From NCBI GenBank assembly GCA_963669225.2, contig CAXXMW010000008.1, positions 24,778 through 88,777 on the forward strand: DNA of 64,000 nucleotides. Reading direction: 5' to 3'. The notes below the pieces were generated by a model, which was not told the DNA's origin, made no database searches, and saw nothing but the letters and a program-made list of their open reading frames with translations. Of this stretch, positions 28,397-41,229 are shown in pieces. The position numbers and the translations under genes are program-made. Source of the DNA: an uncultured Arenicella sp. GTDB taxonomy: Bacteria; Pseudomonadota; Gammaproteobacteria; Arenicellales; Arenicellaceae. Within the stretch, counting starts at the first letter, position 1; the number at the start of each line of letters is the position of its first letter.

Positions 28397-31300
28397 CTAA
28401 GGACCCGTACCGTAGACGCCATGAGCCGGCAGAGGAGGGAAGGATGACTCCAACGTTGCTCCCTTTCGCACGACCAGGCTCGCTGCATTCACCCACCTTT
28501 TGCTGAATGTTATGCGATCCAAGCGTTTTCTATCGCATCTGATTTTGACCCTCAGCTGATGCCGAAAATACAAAATCAGATCACGATGAGAAAAGTTTGC
28601 ATCGTCATACAATCCCTTGTTTCGCGTCGTCCAAATCACCATTCTAGCTACAGCTAGGATCGCGAGAAACACCACACGCTTCTCACCCTGATACGGAGGA
28701 AGAACGTTGTCCACGACGTAACCAACGTCGAGCAGCACGAGCTGTTTGGGTTCGATGCGAGCCGTCCACTCGCCGACGTGATCCCAAAACGGGCGAACTC
28801 GCTCGCAGTAGTAGAAGGCGTGCTCAGCCGTTTCTTCCAAGCCACTGGCGCAGCGAGCGCAATCGGGCATGTCTGCCAGGCCCGCTTTGTAGTTCAAGCC
28901 GACAAGGGGTAACGCATTTCGCACAAGTCGCCAGGTGAGCGAGAACTCGGAGTTGTTCAAGAAGCTCGGTCCTGGCGCCCAATTCCAATGAGAGCGAATC
29001 TCCTCCGTCGTCCAGCCGTGCCGCTCGCTGAGAGGATCAGAAGCGGAACCCACCACTAGCTCCCGATATAGTTCTTTTCGAGGCCGTGAAAGGTCACTGG
29101 ACCCAAGAAGGTTACGAAGGGCCGTTCGGCACTCGCGGACAAACAGTGTTTCGCCCAAAGGCCTACGTCGACCTTCAGCCTTTGGGTCTGACTTTAGGCG
29201 AGGAAAAGTCCGACTCGCCTTCAGTCTCCACACTGCGTCCCCCGTCAAAGCTCTGCCCAGGTATGCAAGTCTTTCAGCAAGCCAGTGGCTCTCCAGATCA
29301 GGCATACCTAGACCCCCGTTGCGTGTACGTTGGATACAGACCTGCCTACGGACCATCGGCCTTGCACCTCCCCAGAGCAATCTGGAAAAGGGATCGTTGC
29401 AGCGCCAACCGATTTACCTTAGGCAGAGGAAGTACAGCCAATCGGTAAAGGATCAAGGGGAAGACGTACACGGTGCACGCCTCCGCCCTGCCCTTTAAGG
29501 ACAACCTCCTTGAAAGCCAGATTCCCACCTGAGCATTCACCTTGGCTTGTACTTCCGACCAATTTCGCTCCAGTTGGAGGCCGGGCCCGAACCACACCCC
29601 GAGGATGCGGACGGGTCCGTCACTCCAGCGGAACGGCCCCGGAAGAGTATTGCTACCCTCCAAGCACCGAGCCGCAAACCTCGCTTTTGTCAAAATTGAC
29701 CTTGGCTCCTGCAATCCGCTCGTACTCGCTAACCGCCTTCTTCACAGCCTTTATATCCAGACGGCGGGATACAAACACTGTGATATCATCGGCGAACGCG
29801 GAAACCCTTGCCGTAAGAGGGCCAGCAAAAGGGACACCGCGCAGGGCCGGATTTGCCGTCCTATCCCTAAGCCTACGGAGCAGGGGCTCCAAAGCTAGGA
29901 CATAGAGAAGAGGAGACAACGGGCAGCCCTGCCGGACCGACCGCTCGACCGCGAACACCGTCGAACGCCTTCCGTTCACCTGCACCACTGCCTGAGGGTT
30001 GTGGTACATCATGCTAATCCATCTGCGGAACTCCGGTTTGAATCCGGCAGTCTCCAAAACAGTCAACCCTATCGAAGGCCTTGGACTGATCTAAACTGAT
30101 CAGCGCGGCCTCGGTGCCGTCTTCTATACCCTCTAGGACCTCGCGAATCAAGTGCAGGTTGTCCTGGATCGATCTTCCCTTCACAGCAAAGGTCTGCTCA
30201 GAGCCGATCAGATCGCTAATGACAAGCTGTAAACGATTCGCTAAGACCCGGGCCAAAATCTTTAACTCTGTGTTAAGCAGAGTTATGGGCCTGTAATCGT
30301 CTAAACCCTCCCAAACATGCCTGCCACCTTTCTTCAGCAATGTGATCACGCCCTTGGTAACGCTACCAGGGATGGCTCCCTGGGCGAACCAATGGTTGAA
30401 CATATCCGTCAGAATAGGCACAAACATGTGCGACATCCTCAAGTACACTTCGTAGGGCAAACCATCTAGTCCCGCGACTTGTTCAGCCGACCTGCTTCAA
30501 CGCGTCACGGACTTCACATTCAGTAACCACACCCTCGCAGCTAGCCGCTTCAGCCACCCCAAGGCGGGGGAAAGTCGGCAAGATAGCTACGAAACTCCCG
30601 GAGCGGGAGATCAGTACAGCGGGCAAAGCGATCCCGAAAGTGCGCCCGAAAGGCGTCACGAATCTCGCGAGCCGATCGCAGCAGTCGCCCATCCGGGGCC
30701 TTGACAGAACCGATATACCGATCGGGGAACCTTCGCACTTCTTCTTCACGCGCAGTCGCGTTCGTTTTCACAGCTTCGTTGAGAACTCTCTTTAACCTAG
30801 ATCTAACTACGTATCCCTTGTAGCGCTCGCTACTCTCGCGCTCAAGGTCCCCCCTAGCTAGCTCTACGTTTAGGGAGTCCCCCCCAGCCACCGCCCGGGA
30901 AAGTCTATCGTCTATAGATTTCGCTTCCGCGGTCCTATCTAGGTTGAGCTGTCGACCGTACTTGGTAGCGAAATCTCTAATCCTATGTTTAAGAGATCCC
31001 ACCACCTATTCCCGGTAACCGCCCCCACTAACGCCCGCTGAATTAGGGATTCCAACCGGTCCCGGAAGTCCCGTATCTCCAGTAAGGAGGTATTGAACTT
31101 CCAGTAGCCGGCCAGACTAGGCCTATTTGCTAACCGTAGACTGACTCTAACAAGTTTATGGTCAGTCCACGCTATCAAGTGGAACGTGGGACAACTAACA
31201 AAGTTAATGTCAGCTCGTCTCACTAACACTCTGTCCAAGTAGGAACCTACTTTGGCAGAGGGCGAACTATCTAGCCACGTCCACATCTCCCGCCCTGGGT

Positions 31301-31840
31301 GATCCAGACGAAACCTGTCGACGAGGTCATGACGAGTCATGAGGCCGGCAAGGCTGCTTTCACACCTTCCCACACGCCTAGCTCCCGCCCGACCTTATCT
31401 ATCTTGGGATCAAGGATCGCATTCCAATCACCCATTAAAACTAGCCGCTTCGTATCGTCCAGGAACGGCGCCAACCGACGAAAAAAGGAAACCTCTCCAC
31501 AACGATATTGGGCGCATAAACCGCAACCAGACGAAACTTGAAACTTTTCACGGCAACATCGGCCACAACCAGTCGGCCCCCGTCACCTGCAAAAACAACG
31601 TCAACATCAGCATCAAGGCTGCGTCCAACTAGCAAAGAAACCCCAACGCTGGTACGGCTGCGTATGCTGAGAAAACGTTAAAATCGCTTTCCAGCACACG
31701 ACAGTCGGCACGCAAGTGAAGTGGGTTTCCTGCACTGCAGCAACATCTACGCCGAGAGTTTTAAGTTCACCAAGCAAGCGCGTACACTTGCCCGGATCCC
31801 TCAATCCCCTCACATTCAAAGTAGCAAGGTTTAGAGCCAT
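28397..31840 (-). pseudogene. U5 ORF2, disrupted (11 single-base indels plus a 17-nt deletion)
   Basis: Span is 3444 nt versus 3468 in intact copies; the -24 is accounted for by a 17-nt deletion after 30064 plus two insertions and nine deletions of one base. Confidence 0.85.
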
Positions 31841-31854
31841 CAATCCCACTTACC

Positions 31855-33801
31855 TTACTCAGTGTCGACTACGGGCCGGAAATCCTTCGGGTGAGGATGC
31901 CGACGGCCTGACGCAGGGATCCGGTGCCGAGCTCAGTACTTACTCGGTTGTCCCTGGTTATTCCACCGACATCCATAGGGTACCGCAACTTTAGGGACCT
32001 ATAGAATGATGGGTGAACCAAAATCGGGACCCTGCCCGCACAGAAGGGAAGCATTTTTTTCAGCATTGGATTTTTCGTATCGACCAGCATTACATCCGCC
32101 GGCTGGCTTCGTCAATAAAGTTCCAGAGTTCTTTGGTCCGATTGCCAGCCAAGCGGACGAATGTGGTCAATTTTGGTGCGTCCTTGAATAGATGTGGTTT
32201 TGTGATGTCTTTAGTGTCAATTTTTTGGAGTGAGCGTAATGGTTTTAATGATTGTTTTAAAGTGTGGTCTATGTGTGGATTGTCCATGATATCTTCGCAG
32301 AAGTAAAAGGAGTTTATGGCACGTCGGGCTTCCGTAGAGCGTGCTCTTGGTTTTTGAACAGTTGCTGCTGATGTTGACGGTGTTTGGGGAGAGGGTGTAA
32401 GTCTGGTTGCTGAATAGGATCGAGTAAGCATTTTGGGGGTTTTAATTGGTGAAAGAGAGGGGGGTAATGGTGTTTCTGTTGGGATGATAGGGGTGGTTTT
32501 TGTTTTTTGTGGGAGAGGAATCAATTGTGCTGGTCTTTGTTTATTTTGGACTGGCGATTTTTCTGTTGTTTTTTCCCCCTTATGCTGAGGTATGGTGGTT
32601 GTTTGTGTGGGTTTTTTTGGATGTTTTTTCTCCCCCTCTTTAGTTGGTGAGTCCTCGCTGTCTCTCCTTCTTTTTAATTCATGGACATATCCATCGGTTC
32701 AATGTTTTGATTGTCTTCTTTTGTTGATTGTTTTGCAGTTGATTGTTTCGTATTTGTTGTCGTTGGTTTCGTAGTTGTAGTCAAAAGAGTTGTTGTATCT
32801 GTTGTTGCTGGGTTTTTTGGGGGAGTTTTTTTCCCTCCCTTTTTTCTGGTGACTTGCGTCCACCCTTTCTCATTTTCTTTAGGGGTTTCTTGTTTGTTTT
32901 CTGAGGTTTCTGTTGGTATTATTGCTGCTATGACAGGTGAAGGAGTATCAGTAGTAGTAGCAGTAGTAGTAGTCGTTGTTGTGGTGGTGATTGTTGATTT
33001 TTGAGGGCAGTTTTTTGAAAAGTGGCCGATGTTATTGCAGGACCAACATAGCGGTTTCCTGCCCTCAACTATGACTGTCATGGTTTGTTCGCGGTATCGT
33101 ATTTTATGGGGAATTTTGTTAAACCCTCCCCTATCGAGGCACATAACGAATACGTAGTCACCGTACGCGGTTCCCCGTGTTGACGTTACTTGTGTGACTT
33201 GTTCCACGCCGCCGTATATACTTAGATAGGCGGCGAGGACGTCACCACTCAATTGCATAGATACATTGCATACGGTGACTCGTATTCTTCTTTTGCCTCG
33301 ATATTCCGGTTGTAGCCGGAAGAAGCGTGTGGTGATGTTACCACCGGCGAGGCTTTTCGCTACTTCCTCTGAGGGTAATAAGACATCCCAGGTCGCGAAA
33401 CTTCTGCGGCAGAAGTATTTCCCTGGGATGTTTGCTGTTTTCAAAAGGTCCTCAAATGTCTCCTTTTTTACCCCCGCTAGTCTCTTGGTCTTAATGTCTG
33501 TGACTACGAAGGACAGGGTCTTCGGTTCGACCGCCTCGACCAATTCGGGTATTGGGAGAATTTCCCCGTCCTTGAAATATTTTTCATATTTTTCGACCCT
33601 GTCTCTTGCGTAGTCACAAGGGGATTTTTTATTCACGCAATGTGAAGACCAAGAGACAGCCGTTTGTTTTTGTTTTTGTGCCGGTGGTATTGTACTTGCC
33701 GATGAAGAGAGGTCGAATGGAGCTTCTTCCGGCATTGGGGAGGGTTGCGTTTGGAATATGTCGGTCGGTGATTGCGATTTCATGTTGTTGGGCTCCCCCA
33801 T
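31855..33801 (-). pseudogene. U5 ORF1, three single-base deletions in the C-terminal half
   Basis: Span is 1947 nt versus 1950; deletions near 31890, 32100 and 32675. Confidence 0.85.
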
Positions 33802-34797
33802 AGTTGTGAAAACACAACCAGAGGGAGATGAAACGCGTATGGTGTTACAAAAAAATTCAGGCGAGACGAATAAATGTAGAACGATGAATGTTGATAAAAA
33901 TGGCGGTCGTTTTTTAAAAAAGTTCAACAAAAAAAATCGAGTCGCGTTTGACCCTCCTCACAAACAAAGAACAATAGTTTGAGGGGGGTCACAAAACTTT
34001 AACAACAATAACAATATTCAATAACAATAATTTTAACAAATTTTTAACAATAAAGAACTTACTTTTTCGTGGTGAAAAAGAACTCAGACAAAAAATTTAC
34101 CTTCTAGTCTGCTTTATTTCTGTGTAGTGTACACAGAAGGCACAAGGCCTTGAAGTTTTTGGGGAGGGGAAGGGAGCGGTCATACTTTTCTATATAAACT
34201 AAGGAGACCTAGCTAGCCACATTCGCCGACCCATTCACAATACAATAAATATCCATTCATCAATCGCCTTTTGCGCTACAATCACCACAATACCACATTT
34301 GCTCTATGAAGAAGTCCTACTTAAATCCCGAGATTCATGAATGATTTTATGATTTATTTACAATGAATGTGATGGAATGGGAGAAAAACCCCGAAATATA
34401 TACAAAAACAAGGAAAAATCCCCCGTTTGGTTGCCCTCCCATCCCCCGTCTATAAAATTGGAGGCCGACTGTTTTCCGGGGCGAAAGAACCGGAAACAAG
34501 TCGGACCTACCCTAGGTGGGGCAGGGATCCTAATCTACAGGAGTGAAAAGAAATAAGGGGTCGGGCATGGGTATGGGTTGATACAAGCAGGTGATATGAT
34601 TTTTATACATATGAAAGTTCAAGATCTTCAGTAAACGTGGACTGGGATACGGATTGAGGTACAAAAATAATGGGGATGGGGAAGATCTTGAGAACTAACA
34701 ACTAGATGACGGGGACAATGACTCACAAACATACTGCTAACTAGGTACCTGGGTACCAAGGAAAAAGGAACCTTTTTACTCACCAGGGGTGGGGTCC

Positions 34798-37700
34798 CTA
34801 AGGACCCGTACCGTAGACGCCATGAGCCGGCAGAGGAGGGAAGGATGACTCCAACGTTGCTCCCTTTCGCACGACCAGGCTCGCTGCATTCACCCACCTT
34901 TTGCTGAATGTTATGCGATCCAAGCGTTTTCTATCGCATCTGATTTTGACCCTCAGCTGATGCCGAAAATACAAAATCAGATCACGATGAGAAAAGTTTG
35001 CATCGTCATACAATCCCTTGTTTCGCGTCGTCCAAATCACCATTCTAGCTACAGCTAGGATCGCGAGAAACACCACACGCTTCTCACCCTGATACGGAGG
35101 AAGAACGTTGTCCACGACGTAACCAACGTCGAGCAGCACGAGCTGTTTGGGTTCGATGCGAGCCGTCCACTCGCCGACGTGATCCCAAAACGGGCGAACT
35201 CGCTCGCAGTAGTAGAAGGCGTGCTCAGCCGTTTCTTCCAAGCCACTGCCGCAGCGAGCGCAATCGGGCATGTCTGCCAGGCCCGCTTTGTAGCTCAAGC
35301 CGACAAGGGGTAACGCATTTCGCACAAGTCGCCAGGTGAGCGAGAACTCGGAGTTGTTCAAGAAGCTCGATCCTGGCGCCCAATTCCAATGAGAGCGAAT
35401 CTCCTCCGTCGTCCAGCCGCGCCGCTCGCTGAGAGGATCAGAAGCGGAACCCACCACTAGCTCCCGATATAGTTCTTTTCGAGGCCGTGAAAGGTCACTG
35501 GACCCAAGAAGGTTACGAAGGGCCGTTCGGCACTCGCGGACAAACAGTGTTTCGCCCAAAGGCCTACGTCGACCTTCAGCCTTTGGGTCTGACTTTAGGC
35601 GAGGAAAAGTCCGACTCGCCTTCAGTCTCCACACTGCGTCCCCCGTCAAGGCTCTGCCCAAGTATGCAAGTCTTTCAGCAAGCCAGTGGCTCTCCAGATC
35701 AGGCATACCTAGACCCCCGTTGCGTGTACGTTGGATACAGACCTGCCTACGGACCATCGGCCTTGCACCTCCCCAGAGCAATCTGGAAAGGGATCGTTGC
35801 AGCGCCAACCGATTTACCTTAGGCAGAGGAAGTACAGCCAATCGGTAAAGGATCAAGGGGAAGACGTACACGGCGCACGCCTCCGCCCTGCCCTTTAAGG
35901 ACAACCTCCTTGAAAGCCAGATTCCCACCTGAGCATTCACCTTGGCTTGTACTTCCGACCAATTTCGCTACAGTTGGAGGCCGGGCCCGAACCACACCCC
36001 GAGGATGCGGACGGGTCCGTCACTCCAGCGGAACGGCCCCGGAAGAGTATTGCTACCCCTCCAAGCACCGAGCCGCAAACCTTCGCTTTTGTCAAAATTG
36101 ACCTTGGCTCCTGCAATCCGCTCGTACTCACTAACCGCCTTCTTCACAGCCTTTATATCCAGACGGCGGGATACAAACACTGTGATATCATCGGCGAACG
36201 CGGAAACCCTTGCCGTAAGAGGGCCAGCAAAAGGGACACCGCGCAGGGCCGGATTTGCCGTCCTATCCCTAAGCCTACGGAGCAGGGGCTCCAAAGCTAG
36301 GACATAGAGAAGAGGAGACAACGGGCAGCCCTGCCGGACCGACCGCTCGACCGCGAACACCGTCGAACGCCTTCCGTTCACCTGCACCACTGCCTGAGGG
36401 TTGTGGTACATCATGCTAATCCATCTGCGGAACTCCGGTTTGAATCCGGCAGTCTCCAAAACAGTCGCCAAAAACCGATGGTCAACCCTATCGAAGGCCT
36501 TGGACTGATCTAAACTGATCAGCGCGGCCTCGGTGTCGTCTTCTATACCCTCTAGGACCTCGCGAATCAAGTGCAGGTTGTCCTGGATCGATCTTCCCTT
36601 CACAGCAAAGGTCTGCTCAGAGCCGATCAGATCGCTAATGACAAGCTGTAAACGATTCGCTAAGACCCGGGCCAAAATCTTTAACTCTGTGTTAAGCAGA
36701 GTTATGGGCCTGTAATCGTCTAAACCCTCCCAAACATGCCTGCCACCTTTCTTCAGCAATGTGATCACGCCCTTGGTAACGCTACCAGGGATGGCTCCCT
36801 GGGCGAACCAATGGTTGAACATATCCGTCAGAATAGGCACAAACATGTGCGACATCCTCAAGTACACTTCGTAGGGTAAACCATCTAGTCCCGGCGACTT
36901 GTTCAGGCTGACCTGCTTCAACGCGTCACGGACTTCGCATTCAGTAACCACACCCTCGCAGCTAGCCGCTTCAGCCACCCCAAGGCGGGGGAAGTCGGCA
37001 AGATAGCTACGAAACTCCCGGAGCGGGAGATCAGTACAGCGGGCAAAGCGATCCCGAAAGTGCGCCCGAAAGGCGTCACGAATCTCACGAGTCGATCGCA
37101 GCAGTCGCCCATCCGGGGCCTTGACAGAACCGATATACCGATCGGGGAACCCTCGCACTTCTTCTTCACGCGCAGTCGCGTTCGTTTTCACAGCTTCGTT
37201 GAGAACTCTCTTTAACCTAGATCTAACTACGTATCCCTTGTAGCGCTCGCTACTCTCGCGCTCAAGGTCCCCCCTAGCTAGCTCTACGTTTAGGGAGTCC
37301 CCCCCAGCCACCGCCCGGGAAAGTCTATCGTCTATAGATTTCGCTTCCTTGGTCCTATCTAGGTTGAGCTGTCGACCGTACTTGGTAGCGAAATCTCTAA
37401 TCCTATGTTTAAGAGATCCCCACCACCTATTCCCGGTAACCGCCCCCACTAACGCCCGCTGAATTAGGGATTCCAGCCGGTCCCGGAAGTCCCGTATCTC
37501 CAGTAAGGAGGTATTGAACTTCCAGTAGCCGGCCAGACTAGGCCTATTTGCTAACCGTAGACTGACTCTAACAAGTTTATGGTCAGTCCACGCTATCAAG
37601 TGGAACGTGGGACAACTAACAAAATCAATGTCAGCTCGTCTCACTAACACTCTGTCCAAGTAGGAGCCTACTTTGGCAGAGGGCGAACTATCTAGCCACG

Positions 37701-38265
37701 TCCACATCTCCCGCCCTGGGTGATCCAGACGAAACCTGTCGACGAGGTCATGACGAGTCATGAGGCCGGCAAGGCTGCTTTCACACCTTCCCACACGCCT
37801 AGCTCCCCGCCCGACCTTATCTATCTTGGGATCAAGGATCGCATTCCAATCACCCATTAAAACTAGCCGCTTCGTATCGTCCAGGAACGGCGCCAACCGA
37901 CGAAAAAAGGAAACCCTCTCCACAACGATATTGGGCGCATAAACCGCAACCAGACGAAACTTGAAACTTTTCACGGCAACATCGGCCACAACCAGTCGGC
38001 CCCCGTCACCTGCAAAAACAACGTCAACATCAGCATCAAGGCTGCGTCCAACTAGCAAAGAAACCCCAACGCTGGTACGGCTGCCGTATGCTGAGAAAAC
38101 GTTAAAATCGCTTTCCAGCACACGACAGTCGGCACCGCAAGTGAAGTGGGTTTCCTGCACTGCAGCAACATCTACGCCGAGAGTTTTAAGTTCACCAAGC
38201 AAGCGCGTACACTTGCCCGGATCCCTCAATCCCCTCACATTCAAAGTAGCAAGGTTTAGAGCCAT
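34798..38265 (-). pseudogene. U6 ORF2 with a premature stop (GAG to TAG at 35968-35970)
   Basis: Plus strand TTCGCTACAG versus TTCGCTCCAG in other copies; the frame is preserved on both sides. Confidence 0.9.
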
Positions 38266-38279
38266 CAATCCCACTTACC

Positions 38280-40229
38280 TTACTCAGTGTCGACTACGGG
38301 CCGGAAATCCTTCGGGGTGAGGATGCCGACGGCCTGACGCAGGGATCCGGTGCCGAGCTCAGTACTTACTCGGTCGTCCCTGGTTATTCCACCGACATCC
38401 ATAGGGTACCGCAACTTTAGGGACCTATAGAATGATGGGTGAACCAAAATCGGGACCCTGCCCGCACAGAAGGGAAGCATTTTTTTCAGCATTGGATTTT
38501 TCGTATCGACCAGCATTACATCCGCCCGGCTGGCTTCGTCAATAAAGTTCCAGAGTTCTTTGGTCCGATTGCCAGCCAAGCGGACGAATGTGGTCAATTT
38601 TGGTGCGTCCTTGAATAGATGTGGTTTTGTGATGTCTTTAGTGTCAATTTTTTGGAGTGAGCGTAATGGTTTTAATGATTGTTTTAAAGTGTGGTCTATG
38701 TGTGGATTGTCCATGATATCTTCGCAGAAGTAAAAGGAGTTTATGGCACGTCGGGCTTCCGTAGAGCGTGCTCTTGGTTTTTGAACAGTTGCTGCTGATG
38801 TTGACGGTGTTTGGGGAGAGGGTGTAAGTCTGGTTGCTGAATAGGATCGAGTAAGCATTTTGGGGGTTTTAATTGGTGAAAGAGAGGGGGGTAATGGTGT
38901 TTCTGTTGGGATGATAGGGGTGGTTTTTGTTTTTTGTGGGAGAGGAATCAATTGTGCTGGTCTTTGTTTATTTTGGACTGGCGATTTTTCTGTTGTTTTT
39001 TCCCCCTTATGCTGAGGTATGGTGGTTGTTTGTGTGGGTTTTTTTGGATGTTTTTTCTCCCCCTCTTTAGTTGGTGAGTCCTCGCTGTCTCTCCTTCTTT
39101 TTAAATTCATGGACATATCCATCGGTTCAATGTTTTGATTGTCTTCTTTTGTTGATTGTTTTGCAGTTGATTGTTTCGTATTTGTTGTCGTTGGTTTCGT
39201 AGTTGTAGTCAAAAGAGTTGTTGTATCTGTTGTTGCTGGGTTTTTTGGGGGAGTTTTTTTCCCTCCCTTTTTTCTGGTGACTTGCGTCCACCCTTTCTCA
39301 TTTTCTTTAGGGGTTTCTTGTTTGTTTTCTGAGGTTTCTGTTGGTATTATTGCTGCTATGACAGGTGAAGGAGTATCAGTAGTAGTAGCAGTAGTAGTAG
39401 TCGTTGTTGTGGTGGTGATTGTTGATTTTTGAGGGCAGTTTTTTGAAAAGTGGCCGATGTTATTGCAGGACCAACATAGCGGTTTCCTGCCCTCAACTAT
39501 GACTGTCATGGTTTGATCGCGGTATCGTATTTTATGGGGAATTTTGTTAAACCCTCCCCTATCGAGGCACATAACGAATACGTAGTCACCGTACGCGGTT
39601 CCCCGTGTTGACGTTACTTGTGTGACTTGTTCCACGCCGCCGTATATACTTAGATAGGCGGCGAGGACGTCACCACTCAATTGCATAGATACATTGCATA
39701 CGGTGACTCGTATTCTTCTTTTGCCTCGATATTCCGGTTGTAGCCGGAAGAAGCGTGTGGTGATGTTACCACCGGCGAGGCTTTTCGCTACTTCCTCTGA
39801 GGGTAATAAGACATCCCAGGTCGCGAAACTTCTGCGGCAGAAGTACTTCCCTGGGATGTTTGCTGTTTTGAGAAGGTCCTCAAAAGTTTCCTTCTTAATC
39901 CCCGCTAGTCTCTTGGTCTTAATGTCTGTGACTACGAAGGACAGGGTCTTCGGTTCGACCGCCTCGACCAATTCGGGTATTGGGAGAATTTCCCCGTCCT
40001 TGAAATACTTTTCATACTTTTCGACCCTGTCTCTTGCGTAGTCACAAGGGGATTTTTTATTCACGCAATGTGAAGACCAAGAGACAGCCGTTTGTTTTTG
40101 TTTTTGTGCCGGTGGTATTGTACTTGCCGATGAAGAGAGGTCGAATGGAGCTTCTTCCGGCATTGGGGAGGGTTGCGTTTGGAATATGTCGGTCGGTGAT
40201 TGCGATTTCATGTTGTTGGGCTCCCCCAT
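38280..40229 (-). CDS. U6 ORF1p, 649 aa
   Basis: Open frame; knuckle CWSCNNIGHFSKNC. Confidence 0.92.
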   Translation of the reverse strand: MGEPNNMKSQSPTDIFQTQPSPMPEEAPFDLSSSASTIPPAQKQKQTAVSWSSHCVNKKSPCDYARDRVEKYEKYFKDGEILPIPELVEAVEPKTLSFVVTDIKTKRLAGIKKETFEDLLKTANIPGKYFCRRSFATWDVLLPSEEVAKSLAGGNITTRFFRLQPEYRGKRRIRVTVCNVSMQLSGDVLAAYLSIYGGVEQVTQVTSTRGTAYGDYVFVMCLDRGGFNKIPHKIRYRDQTMTVIVEGRKPLCWSCNNIGHFSKNCPQKSTITTTTTTTTTATTTDTPSPVIAAIIPTETSENKQETPKENEKGWTQVTRKKGGKKTPPKNPATTDTTTLLTTTTKPTTTNTKQSTAKQSTKEDNQNIEPMDMSMNLKRRRDSEDSPTKEGEKKHPKKPTQTTTIPQHKGEKTTEKSPVQNKQRPAQLIPLPQKTKTTPIIPTETPLPPSLSPIKTPKMLTRSYSATRLTPSPQTPSTSAATVQKPRARSTEARRAINSFYFCEDIMDNPHIDHTLKQSLKPLRSLQKIDTKDITKPHLFKDAPKLTTFVRLAGNRTKELWNFIDEASRADVMLVDTKNPMLKKMLPFCAGRVPILVHPSFYRSLKLRYPMDVGGITRDDRVSTELGTGSLRQAVGILTPKDFRPVVDTE

Positions 40230-41229
40230 AGTTGTGAAAACACAACCAGAGGGAGATGAAACGCGTATGGTGTTACAAAAAATTCAGGCGAGACGAATAA
40301 ATGTAGAACGATGAATGTTGATAAAAATGGCGGTCGTTTTTTAAAAAAGTTCAACAAAAAAAATCGAGTCGCGTTTGACCCTCCTCACAAACAAAGAACA
40401 ATAGTTTGAGGGGGGTCACAAAACTTTAACAACAATAACAATATTCAATAACAATAATTTTAACAAATTTTTAACAATAAAGAACTTACTTTTTCGTGGT
40501 GAAAAAGAACTCAGACAAAAAATTTACCTTCTAGTCTGCTTTATTTCTGTGTAGTGTACACAGAAGGCACAAGGCCTTGAAGTTTTTGGGGAGGGGAAGG
40601 GAGCGGTCATACTTTTCTATATAAACTAAGGAGACCTAGCTAGCCACATTCGCCGACCCATTCAACAATACAATAAATATCCATTCATCCATCGCCTTTT
40701 GCGCTGCAATCACCAAAATACCACATTTGCTCTATGAAGAAGTCCTACTTAAAATCCCGAGATTCATGAATGATTTTATGATTTATTTACAATGAATGTG
40801 ATGGGAATGGGAGAAAAACCCCGAAATATATACAAAAACAAGGAAAAATCCCCCGTTTGGTTGCCCTCCCATCCCCCCGTCTATAAAATTGGAGGCCGAC
40901 TGTTTTCCGGGGCGAAAGAACCGGAAACAAGTCGGACCTACCCTAGGTGGGGCAGGGATCCTAATCTACAGGGGTGAAAAGAAATAAGGGGTCGGGCATG
41001 GTATGGGTTAATACAAGCAGGTGATATGATTTTTATACATATGAATGTTCAAGATCTTCAGTAAACGTGGACTGGGATACGGATTGAGGTACAAAAATAA
41101 TGGGGATGGGGAAGATCTTGAGAACTAACAACTAGATGACGGGGACAATGACTCACAAACATACTGCTAACTAGGTACCTGGGTACCAAAAGAAAAAGGG
41201 AACAGTTTTACTCACCAGGGGTGGGGTCC

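Larger units (their letters stand above)
27680..34095 (-). mobile_element. U5 full-length element with many indels in both ORFs
   Basis: 6416 bp; fragmented ORFs in the track from 28397 to 33930. Confidence 0.9.
34096..40522 (-). mobile_element. U6 full-length element; ORF2 nonsense mutation
   Basis: Junctions at 34095/34096 and 40522/40523. Confidence 0.93.

Noticed and set aside
33802-33930. N-terminal extension of U5 ORF1 (MLNFFKK...)
   Set aside because: It arises from an A-run length difference in the 5' UTR and a TTG start in the indel-rich zone; absent from other units.
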